A stretch of 64,000 bases of DNA from an uncultured Terriglobales bacterium (GTDB taxonomy: Bacteria; Acidobacteriota; Terriglobia; Terriglobales; Acidobacteriaceae). The stretch spans positions 16,712-80,711 of the forward strand of contig CAYZHX010000001.1 in NCBI GenBank assembly GCA_964476905.1. The letters run 5' to 3'. Positions 56,735 to 63,687 of the stretch are shown piece by piece. The notes under the pieces were generated by a model. It did not search any database and was not told the DNA's origin. It saw only the letters and a program-made list of their open reading frames with translations. Every line of letters begins with the position of its first letter. The first letter of the stretch is position 1. The position numbers were made by a program, and so were the translations under genes.

Positions 56735-58831
56735 ATGAGAAAACAGCGAAACACTTACTCAGAACGCGGCATAGCCTTGCTGGTTGTGCTGTTTGCACTG
56801 ATTTTAGTGTCGGCTATCGGGCTGGCCATGATGTTCTCCACCAATGGCGAAAGCGCGGTCGCCAGTGGTTACCGTCAGAATAACCTTGCTTACTTTGCCG
56901 CGAGATCGGGACTGGAAGAAGTAAGAGATCGCATTCGCGCCAGCTCGCCGAACAATCTCGTTCTACCAACAGTTCCAATTGGCCAACCTGCCGGAGTGCT
57001 GTACGTACTCAATCCTAGGAACGGCGAAGTAGTAGCCCCGTGGGACCCTGCAAACGCGTACTTTGATGACGAGATCTGCCACGAGGTGAATAGCCCACTC
57101 ATCATTGCAGGCAGCCCCGGCACTTTAGGAGCTCCGTGCCCGGCTGCTGCAACTTCCATACCCGCGGGAAACGCTTGGTATGTGTCACCCGCGCCCGCAT
57201 CGGAGCCGATGCCAGGTGGACAGGTTCTTAGCTACAAGTGGACGCGCATAAACCTGAAGATGAACGAGTCGGCTCAACCCTGGTGCGTGCTCGGGAACGC
57301 CAACTGCGGTCATCTACCTTACGCTCCCTACTTACCGGGAGGACCGAGGGCTGACCAAGTTTGCTACAACGGCACCAACGAATTCGTCCTGGCAGACGTG
57401 AACACTCCAATCGAGGTTCCAGGGCAAGTGGAGCGCGCCAGCTTGCCATCCCAGCTGGCAATGGCGATGGCCATGTTTGCCGGAGGATCCACCGGAAATG
57501 GCAATAGTTCACACTCAAGTGCCACGACAACTTCGGGAAGTTCCACTAGCAGCAGTAGCACGAGCACAACTGGCGTAAGTGGAACGGCGACCTCCAGCAG
57601 TTCGAGTAGTAGCTCAAGTTCAAGCAGTAGCAGCTCAAGCAGCAGCTCCAGCAGCAGCAGTTCGAGCAGCTCAAGCACAACAGGTTTAATTGGTACCGGT
57701 AGCAGCTCGAGCACAACAGGATTAATCGGGACCGGTAGCACCTCGAGCAGCAGCTCAAGCAGCAGCTCCAGTTCGAGTACGAGTGGTAGCAGTTCAAGTG
57801 GTGGATCTCCACCGCCAGCGTGCGGTACGGCTGCCCCACCGCTGCCCGGAACGCCAATCGGAGTAGGTGCAGGTCCTATGACGGCAAACAAGTGCTCGGA
57901 TTTAGACTCTCAGCCGGTGTACATGTTGACGTCTATGGCGGTAGCACCGGCTTCTACTTCGCCAAACAAAGCAACGCGAATGATTCAATACGAAGTGGCG
58001 AAGGTCGCCATACCTCCCATGCCGTCCGCATTAACGGTGGCGGGACACGATCCCGTTATTAGCGGGTTGCCCAATTCAAACAATTTGACAATGAATGGAA
58101 CTGATGCCTGCGGTGGCCCAGCAGTGCCGGCAATTGGCACAACTACTGACGTCGGGATCGGCGGCTTGACCCCCACTCAAGAAGCAACGGCGGCTCGAAA
58201 CGCGGTGATCGGTCAAATCCCTAACAATCGTTATGGCAACTACACCGGCGCCGATGCCTGTGGGGGCACCCAGCCGGACGTGCAGAACGTGATAAATACC
58301 GCAAATACTCTGTACTCCACGCCGCAAGGCTTGAGCGCGATTGTTCAGGACGTGCAGAACGTAGCGACGCAGACCTTCTCTGGTGACTATACGGGTATAC
58401 CTAACTTAGGTACTGCCGCAAACCCAGAAGTGACCGTGATTGATGGCAATCTGACATTGTCGGGGGCTACCAGTGGTGCCGGCATTCTGCTGGTAACTGG
58501 AACCCTTACCTACAAAGGCAACTTCACCTTCGACGGCCTCATATTGGTGGTTGGCGCCGGAGTTCTGCAAGCGAGCGGCGGTGGCAGCGGCAATTTCACC
58601 GGCGGCGTCGTTGTGGCCAACATTGGCGACAACAGCGGATGCGCGGCAGGAACAAATCCTTGCTACACAAAGAATCCCACCGATGCGAACCTCCTGCCAC
58701 ACTTAGGCGTTCCGACGGTTGGCTGGAACGGTGGCGGCAGCAACTCACTTCAGTTCAACAGTTGCAGTATCCAGTTGGGAATGAACTCTGCGAGCTTCGC
58801 CGTCATCGCACGCCGAGAGATTATCTACTGA
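56735..58831 (+). CDS. PilX-N-domain pilus protein, 698 aa, with Ser/Thr-rich tract
   Basis: ORF trimmed to ATG 56735. PilX_N-like ERGIALLVVLFALILVSAIGLAMM. Central poly-Ser. C-terminal beta-rich domain (GAGILLVTGTLTYKGNFTFDGLILVVGAG). Confidence 0.75.
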   Translation: MRKQRNTYSERGIALLVVLFALILVSAIGLAMMFSTNGESAVASGYRQNNLAYFAARSGLEEVRDRIRASSPNNLVLPTVPIGQPAGVLYVLNPRNGEVVAPWDPANAYFDDEICHEVNSPLIIAGSPGTLGAPCPAAATSIPAGNAWYVSPAPASEPMPGGQVLSYKWTRINLKMNESAQPWCVLGNANCGHLPYAPYLPGGPRADQVCYNGTNEFVLADVNTPIEVPGQVERASLPSQLAMAMAMFAGGSTGNGNSSHSSATTTSGSSTSSSSTSTTGVSGTATSSSSSSSSSSSSSSSSSSSSSSSSSSSSTTGLIGTGSSSSTTGLIGTGSTSSSSSSSSSSSSTSGSSSSGGSPPPACGTAAPPLPGTPIGVGAGPMTANKCSDLDSQPVYMLTSMAVAPASTSPNKATRMIQYEVAKVAIPPMPSALTVAGHDPVISGLPNSNNLTMNGTDACGGPAVPAIGTTTDVGIGGLTPTQEATAARNAVIGQIPNNRYGNYTGADACGGTQPDVQNVINTANTLYSTPQGLSAIVQDVQNVATQTFSGDYTGIPNLGTAANPEVTVIDGNLTLSGATSGAGILLVTGTLTYKGNFTFDGLILVVGAGVLQASGGGSGNFTGGVVVANIGDNSGCAAGTNPCYTKNPTDANLLPHLGVPTVGWNGGGSNSLQFNSCSIQLGMNSASFAVIARREIIY
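57505..57806 (+). repeat. Ser/Thr low-complexity coding tract, including 28 consecutive Ser codons (57593-57676) and a 36-nt tandem duplication (57674-57745)
   Basis: Read directly. Ser codons are mixed (AGC, AGT, TCA, TCG, TCC). The two units encoding STTGLIGTGS(S/T)S differ at 4 of 36 nt, 3 of them synonymous. Confidence 0.9.
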
Positions 58832-58850
58832 TGAAGATTGCTTTTAAATG

Positions 58851-58883
58851 AGCGCAGCGTTAACTCGCTGCGCTTTCTTTTTG
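58851..58883 (+). terminator. rho-independent terminator after the PilX-like gene
   Basis: AGCGCAGCG-TTAACT-CGCTGCGCT: perfect 9-bp stem, followed by TTCTTTTTG. Begins 20 nt after the stop codon. Confidence 0.8.
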
Positions 58884-58906
58884 TCGCGATAACTTTCGAT
58901 CAGAAC

Positions 58907-60331
58907 ATGAAGATAAGTCTGGATTCATTGAGAAGAGCTGTGCTCTCGAGCGACCACGAGATCAAAATCGCGAGCTTGAAACCGCGTTATTTGCCCAACT
59001 TGATGTTGAAGGAACCTCGGTCCGAGGCAATTTGGTTACACATGTCGCTGGCTTCTCTCGTGGTGCTCGGATCAGTTATTCGTATTGTGGCGGTGTTCCA
59101 ACACAATCCTCTCGACATCCAGACCACGGATCCTGGACGTTGGTGGTATACCGCAACACACCTATCGACCCTGCAGCCAATTGCTGCAATTGACCCGTTC
59201 GGCTATCAACTCTGGCTAGGCGCCCTCGCAGCGATCACTCATGGTAGTCGTACTGCCATCGCACTTCATAATGCCATCCTCTCGCTGTTGACTCCATGGA
59301 TCTGGCACCGCTTTCTCAGAGAGCTTACCGGAAAGCGAGACCTTGCTTTGGCCGGCTGGGCAGTTTTCTGTGGACTGCCTTCCTGGATTTCCATTTTTTC
59401 TTACACGATGAGTGAGACCCTGTTTCTGCCTTGCATGGGCCTGGCACTCTGGCTCACAGTGAAGTTCTATCGCACCCAGTCGGATCTTGACTGCTTCGTC
59501 TGCGCTGCTTGCTGGGCATTCGCGTCATCGATACGAATCTATGCTCTGCCAGTTGCGGTGTTCTTGCTCGCATGGGGCATATACAAAAGCTCGCCAAGAG
59601 CCCTAAAGGTTGGCTACACATTCGCTGTGTTCGCTCTGTTTATCCTACCGCTGTCGCTCCGTTCGTACCGTCTCCTGCATGTGTGGGCCCCGTTCGGATT
59701 TCCCGAAATGAACCAAATCTATATGGAATCCGGGAAGCGAACTCTTCGATTCGAGATTTCCCGAAATGATGGAGCATATCGATGGCTGTATGAGTTTGGC
59801 TCACCTGCGCTGTATGAGCAGCCGTTGCAGCCGGTGACAGCGTGGCATTCACGTCGGGACGGGATTGTGCAGTTTTCAATCGACGAAGATCACGGACGAG
59901 TCGATTGGGATCGAGCTTTTAACGAGTCAGTGACCTCCTGGCCCACCCGACTGCAGCTGAGACTGGAGAACTATGTCTTTTTCAACTTTGCTCCATCCTG
60001 GCCGGACAATAATCCCGAGCGGATGTGGGACAGAGCCGCTATTTCAACACGCTGGATCTGGGCACCGCTGGCACTCGTCATTGTTTTAGCTAACATCCAC
60101 TACAGAGAGCGGCTCGCGTTGAGCGAAGCTGGAATCTTTGCCTTTCTTACAACTGTAGCCTGGGCCTTGACCCCGCTCTTGCCAGCAATAATGGAAGGCA
60201 GGTACCGAAAGCCGGTAGAGGGTCTACTTTTAATAAATCTTTTGCTCCTCGTTGCCTGCCAACCTGCGAAAGAATCCGTTAAAGAATTGGTGACGGAGAA
60301 CGATCTATCGGAGTTCCTCGTCACAGCGTAA
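58907..60331 (+). CDS. polytopic membrane protein, candidate GT-C (ArnT/PMT-like) glycosyltransferase
   Basis: ORF 58838 trimmed to ATG 58907 because the terminator hairpin lies in the first 50 nt. At least 8 hydrophobic helices with a soluble insert of about 110 aa. The layout resembles GT-C enzymes, but no diagnostic motif was verified. Confidence 0.4.
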   Translation: MKISLDSLRRAVLSSDHEIKIASLKPRYLPNLMLKEPRSEAIWLHMSLASLVVLGSVIRIVAVFQHNPLDIQTTDPGRWWYTATHLSTLQPIAAIDPFGYQLWLGALAAITHGSRTAIALHNAILSLLTPWIWHRFLRELTGKRDLALAGWAVFCGLPSWISIFSYTMSETLFLPCMGLALWLTVKFYRTQSDLDCFVCAACWAFASSIRIYALPVAVFLLAWGIYKSSPRALKVGYTFAVFALFILPLSLRSYRLLHVWAPFGFPEMNQIYMESGKRTLRFEISRNDGAYRWLYEFGSPALYEQPLQPVTAWHSRRDGIVQFSIDEDHGRVDWDRAFNESVTSWPTRLQLRLENYVFFNFAPSWPDNNPERMWDRAAISTRWIWAPLALVIVLANIHYRERLALSEAGIFAFLTTVAWALTPLLPAIMEGRYRKPVEGLLLINLLLLVACQPAKESVKELVTENDLSEFLVTA

Positions 60332-60775
60332 TCAACTATTTGCTCTCACTTCGGAGTGGGAGATTGCGATCCATCCGCTCTTCACCTGTTGCCAGACCGT
60401 CGTCATGAAATACCGGACCGGTGCAGAAGAAGACTTCGTTTCGAGTGTCGCTACGTATGTGACGACCATGTCAGCTCCCTCCGGATCAACACGGACATCT
60501 CCGATATCAATGTGCTGTAGATTCAGTGCGCGAAAATATTCGATAGCCTTCTCGCGTGCAGCGATTCCCTCTGGCGTTGTGAGATTGAAGATCGGCGCCA
60601 GTCGGCGCTCCGCTGATGCAAAATCTCTCTCTTCGATAGCCTTCCAAAACGATCGCTCGTAGGCCTCGGCGCCGGTTGCGTCTTTCCAGGATTGGGCGTG
60701 GGGAGGCTTGCCTTCGGTACAAGCCACCATCAGCGTAGCCACAGCGATCAGTGCGAAGGTTCTCAATGGATGCAT
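60332..60775 (-). CDS. lipoprotein with NTF2-like (DUF4440/SnoaL-like) domain
   Basis: ORF trimmed to ATG 60775 (MHPLRTFALIAVATLMVAC lipobox). The C-terminal pattern WQQVKSGWIAISHS is typical of DUF4440. Confidence 0.6.
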   Translation of the reverse strand: MHPLRTFALIAVATLMVACTEGKPPHAQSWKDATGAEAYERSFWKAIEERDFASAERRLAPIFNLTTPEGIAAREKAIEYFRALNLQHIDIGDVRVDPEGADMVVTYVATLETKSSSAPVRYFMTTVWQQVKSGWIAISHSEVRANS

Positions 60776-60958
60776 CGCTGAGATTCTACCCGTAGACGTC
60801 TGTGACGAAGAAAAGATGCCGCCCTTGAAGCCGACAGCCTCTCTTCCTTCAGTAACAGGGAATTTATCAGCGAAGTTTTCGTCTGGTCCGAAAAACATGT
60901 TGGTCAAAGTCCGTCTTTCTCGCTATTTGGCACTCAACGAGCAATTTTTGTGCGAAAC

Positions 60959-61025
60959 GGAACAGGGAATTAACAGGGGCATAACAGGAAGGGGAACAGG
61001 GAATTTACAGGGGTGGAACAGGGAT
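60959..61025. repeat. six phased (A/T)ACAGG(G/A) repeats, spacing 11-11-12-11-11 nt
   Basis: ACAGG cores start at 60962, 60973, 60984, 60996, 61007 and 61018. A larger unit GGAACAGGGAATT(A/T)ACAGGGG occurs twice (60959-60979, 60993-61013). Confidence 0.9.
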
Positions 61026-61094
61026 AGATCAGTCGCCAGTGAATGGGTTTGCATCACGTGGGTCGTAGGAGAATGTAGGCGATCAACCCGTTAC

Positions 61095-61112
61095 GAGTGT
61101 AATGGCGATGTA
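61095..61112. repeat. partial copy (GAGTGTAATGGCGATGTA) of the 25-nt direct repeat
   Basis: 15 of 18 identical to the corresponding part of the 62339-62363 copy. Confidence 0.6.
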
Positions 61113-61137
61113 TCGACAATTGAGAACGGGCACACTC

Positions 61138-61401
61138 CTACGTGATGGATTCTAGACACACCTCGTGCCATGTACCCTGAATCTCGGACAATTCGTAGAG
61201 AACATCGCCTCCGTGATAAAACCCAACGCCTTTGACGGTATCGGTTCTTCCGGCGGCATCAATTTGATCGGCGGAAATCGGATTGTGGTACTTCCACTCT
61301 CGCTGAAAGAGCTCTAGAAATTGGCGCTCTTTGACACGAACTCGGCTTCCCACAGGAAATTGCTCTTGGTAGGGCGGCAAAACGATGCTCTCGAACGCCA
61401 T
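61138..61401 (-). CDS. hypothetical protein (87 aa)
   Basis: ORF track start 61431 is TTG. The in-frame ATG at 61401 (MAFESIVLPPYQ...) is preferred. No family recognised. Confidence 0.45.
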   Translation of the reverse strand: MAFESIVLPPYQEQFPVGSRVRVKERQFLELFQREWKYHNPISADQIDAAGRTDTVKGVGFYHGGDVLYELSEIQGTWHEVCLESIT

Positions 61402-61434
61402 TATCCTATTTGCCGGAGTCGGGCGGAACAAATC

Positions 61435-61459
61435 GTCAATGAGCCTAAAGGCGATGTTA
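61435..61459. repeat. 25-nt direct repeat copy B (GTCAATGAGCCTAAAGGCGATGTTA)
   Basis: 23 of 25 identical to 62339-62363. Confidence 0.85.
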
Positions 61460-61532
61460 CTTCAAATAAGGGAACTTATTTTTTCAGGCTCCGAGTCCGC
61501 CTCGGACTAGCGCTAGACTACAATTTTGCCCA

Positions 61533-62300
61533 ATGCGGGATTTAAACGGTTCGCAATCGGGACAAAGAGCGATTCTCAGGATATCGCTCTTGGCAGCAAC
61601 TGCTATGGGAATGCTTGCTGGCACAGTTTGCGTTGCGCAGCAAGCCGGCTCCATTGATCTAACGCAGATCGAACCACGCCAAGATCTCCGAAGACCTCCA
61701 GCGCGAGAGGGCGAAGCGACTGGACGGCGTGGCATGATTCTGAGTTACGGCAGCTCGTGTCCCACAATTCCCAAAGATGCTCCCTCACTGCAGGCGACAT
61801 TGGTTTGGCTGGACCACGATCAGTATTCACAAGTGGACCGGCCCAAGTTTGAGGCACGAATCTTGAACAGTGGTTCTGTTCCCATCAAAATCCCGTTCTC
61901 TCCTCATTTGGCGGACTTCCAACCAGAAGACCCTGGTGCGAAGTTCTCGTATTGGGAAATGCTTGTCAGTTTGGAGATCACAGTCGTGTCACGAAATGTT
62001 AGTTGGAACGTGAGCGGAGGAGGCGCTGCGCTATTCGGTAACGACTCTCATGCGGGAACTATGCTGACCTTACAGCCGGGAGAGTGGGTGCAAATCATCG
62101 GGCAGGCGCAGCCAGTGGGTGAGCCGCTTTCCAATCTGCCGCCTGCCGCCCACTCCGCTGAAGCAATCAGTGACATGAATGCCAGCGTTGCAATTCACAG
62201 GAACGACACGCTGCTGACTTCGACAGAGTCGGCGACAGTTCAATATCCCTTATGCATGCAAGAAACAGCGGGGCAGAAGATTGCCGTCAAGCTGAGGTGA
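61533..62300 (+). CDS. hypothetical secreted protein (255 aa)
   Basis: Signal-peptide-like ILRISLLAATAMGMLAGTVCVAQQ. No family recognised. Flanked by the 25-nt direct repeats. Confidence 0.5.
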   Translation: MRDLNGSQSGQRAILRISLLAATAMGMLAGTVCVAQQAGSIDLTQIEPRQDLRRPPAREGEATGRRGMILSYGSSCPTIPKDAPSLQATLVWLDHDQYSQVDRPKFEARILNSGSVPIKIPFSPHLADFQPEDPGAKFSYWEMLVSLEITVVSRNVSWNVSGGGAALFGNDSHAGTMLTLQPGEWVQIIGQAQPVGEPLSNLPPAAHSAEAISDMNASVAIHRNDTLLTSTESATVQYPLCMQETAGQKIAVKLR

Positions 62301-62338
62301 GCGAAGGGCTGCTGGCGATTCTAAGAAGGCCCGCGCCG

Positions 62339-62363
62339 GTCAATGAGCTTAATGGCGATGTTA
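62339..62363. repeat. 25-nt direct repeat copy C (GTCAATGAGCTTAATGGCGATGTTA)
   Basis: 23 of 25 identical to 61435-61459. Confidence 0.85.
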
Positions 62364-62369
62364 GGACAC

Positions 62370-62657
62370 CTACGTCGCGTCTGTTGGAATACCCCGCTCG
62401 ACTGCGGACTTGAAAGCCTGTACCAACGATGGAAAGAACTTCCCTAGTTGCTCAATTATTTCTGGCTTGGCTTCTGGCCACTCGGCGTTCGTCCGGTAAT
62501 TGTGACTGAACTCGGCTTCTGGATGGCCAGATGGATGACCCCATACCACTGATCCATTCAGCCTCGGCGTTGAATCCAAGGAGCAAACCTCAATGCATAA
62601 TTGAAACGTAGGACGGCGAACGCCGTGCAACCCGGTTGCACGTGCAACCGGTTGCAC
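62370..62657 (-). CDS. hypothetical ORF downstream of the RHH gene (start uncertain)
   Basis: 95-aa ORF. Its first 15 codons are the tandem palindromes, so the real start, if the ORF is coding at all, is probably further in. No toxin family recognised. Confidence 0.3.
   Translation of the reverse strand: MQPVARATGLHGVRRPTFQLCIEVCSLDSTPRLNGSVVWGHPSGHPEAEFSHNYRTNAEWPEAKPEIIEQLGKFFPSLVQAFKSAVERGIPTDAT
62625..62657. promoter_or_regulatory. two abutting palindromes GTGCAACC(C)GGTTGCAC, preceded by ACGGCG-AA-CGCCGT (62613-62626)
   Basis: A 17-nt palindrome (62625-62641) is immediately followed by a perfect 16-nt palindrome (62642-62657). They lie 7 nt downstream of the RHH stop codon. Confidence 0.7.
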
Positions 62658-62663
62658 AAAAGG

Positions 62664-62849
62664 TCAGCGCCCTCGCTTTTTTGCCCTCATCCGCGAGTCT
62701 TCCTCTTCCCATAAATCCACCAGCGCAACCTCAAGGTAATTCGTCACAGACCGGCGCTGTTTAGCAGCTTCCTCGACCAGCTTCTTCTTAAATTCAGGCG
62801 AAACCCGCAAGTTCAGGGTCTCGGTTTTTCCCTCGCTTTTTCTCGCCAT
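62664..62849 (-). CDS. ribbon-helix-helix (CopG/Arc/MetJ-type) DNA-binding protein
   Basis: LNLRVSPEFKKKLVEEAAKQRRSVTNYLEVAL is a classic beta-strand/helix/helix RHH pattern. 61 aa. Confidence 0.75.
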   Translation of the reverse strand: MARKSEGKTETLNLRVSPEFKKKLVEEAAKQRRSVTNYLEVALVDLWEEEDSRMRAKKRGR

Positions 62850-62886
62850 AAGGGCTTCTTTCGAGTGGCTATCGTACGCAACGGTA

Positions 62887-62916
62887 CGTTACATTGTCAA
62901 GCGCAATGCGTTACAT
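62887..62916. promoter_or_regulatory. two CGTTACAT direct repeats 22 nt apart in the RHH/SSAP divergent intergenic region
   Basis: Copies at 62887-62894 and 62909-62916, with CATTG-N7-CAATG between them. The second copy abuts the SD AAAGGAG of the SSAP gene. Confidence 0.55.
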
Positions 62917-62931
62917 AAAGGAGCCACTCTC

Positions 62932-63687
62932 ATGAAAGCTTTTCACTCCGACCTGCCGCGCCGCAACCTGCGCCTGGCGCGACTCAAGTACGGCGCTCTC
63001 ATCAGTCCCGTAGTCGCGCTGACACTCAGAGCACTCACAAAACAGTTTGCGTTCTCGCTTGAACTCGGCGATGTCCTCTTGCTCGATGGAAGCTGGTACG
63101 TGACTCACAGCGGACTGCTACGTCTCGCCAATCGAAAGGGCTGTCTTGGAATCCGAGTCCAACCAGTGTTTGGGTTTTGTTCGCCCGAACAAGCGCGCTG
63201 GGCTTTTCGCGCCACTGCATTTAAAGCTGCAACCTGCAACGGTTTCAACGGATACGGAGATGCTGAGCCCGGAAATGTCTCGGTGATCGTTCGCGGAGCC
63301 GAAATGCGGATCGCAGAGACCAGAGCTGTGAATCGTGCGCTGCGGAAAGCATATGGCATTGGAATCTGCTCAGTCGAAGAGATCGGAACCTTCAGCCCCA
63401 GTTCTGACCCAGCCTCGGCAGTAGGAAGACGGCCAGTGCAGCAAGTTGCAAACGGCGATCACCCACTTCGTGATCGTCTGCTCGTCCTCGTTCGGAAGCA
63501 CCGGCTCGATGCCGCGCTGGTCAAACACTACGCAGCTGATTTCTGCGGAGTCGATGAAATCCGGAACGCAACTCGCGAGCACATGCAAGCCTTCGTCGAC
63601 CATCTCGCGAGTGAGGCTGCTCGCGACGTGGCTGTGTTACGCGAGAAGCTGGCGGGTTATCAGAAGACCGAGGCAGGTGCTGCGTGA
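62932..63687 (+). CDS. Rad52/Sak-like single-strand annealing protein (phage-type recombinase)
   Basis: Colinear with the Rad52 N-terminal domain as I remember it: WYVTHSGLLRLAN vs CYIEGHRVINLAN, GYGDAEPG vs GYGVSEG, and AETRAVNRALRKAYGIG vs [20 protein letters not shown]. Strong SD. Confidence 0.55.
   Translation: MKAFHSDLPRRNLRLARLKYGALISPVVALTLRALTKQFAFSLELGDVLLLDGSWYVTHSGLLRLANRKGCLGIRVQPVFGFCSPEQARWAFRATAFKAATCNGFNGYGDAEPGNVSVIVRGAEMRIAETRAVNRALRKAYGIGICSVEEIGTFSPSSDPASAVGRRPVQQVANGDHPLRDRLLVLVRKHRLDAALVKHYAADFCGVDEIRNATREHMQAFVDHLASEAARDVAVLREKLAGYQKTEAGAA

Noticed and set aside
57364-57891. 175-aa minus-strand ORF rich in LELLLE repeats
   Set aside because: It is the mirror image of the AGC/TCA-rich poly-Ser coding tract of the PilX-like gene and is an artefact of the repeat.
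60708-61145. 145-aa plus-strand ORF spanning the ACAGG repeat array
   Set aside because: Its 5' part is antisense to the DUF4440 lipoprotein gene. Its middle is simply the translation of the 11-nt phased repeats, and an 11-nt period is not codon-periodic.
61484-61735. 83-aa minus-strand ORF upstream of copy B of the 25-nt repeat
   Set aside because: It overlaps the better-supported plus-strand ORF 61533-62300 (signal peptide, longer). It is kept in mind only because a repeat copy lies about 25 nt beyond its stop.
61435-62363. Integron-like gene cassettes with attC sites
   Set aside because: The repeats lack the GTTRRRY core (they read GTTACTT and GTTAGGA) and the imperfect inverted-repeat structure of attC. 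No intI gene is in the window.
62370-62849. Type II toxin-antitoxin pair (RHH antitoxin plus downstream toxin)
   Set aside because: The downstream ORF matches no toxin family I can recognise (ParE/RelE, CcdB, PIN, HicA, Doc). Its N-terminus is occupied by DNA palindromes, so only the RHH gene is called.
62911-63108. 65-aa minus-strand ORF overlapping the start of the Rad52-like gene
   Set aside because: It overlaps a gene with a strong SD and family similarity. It has no motif or RBS of its own.
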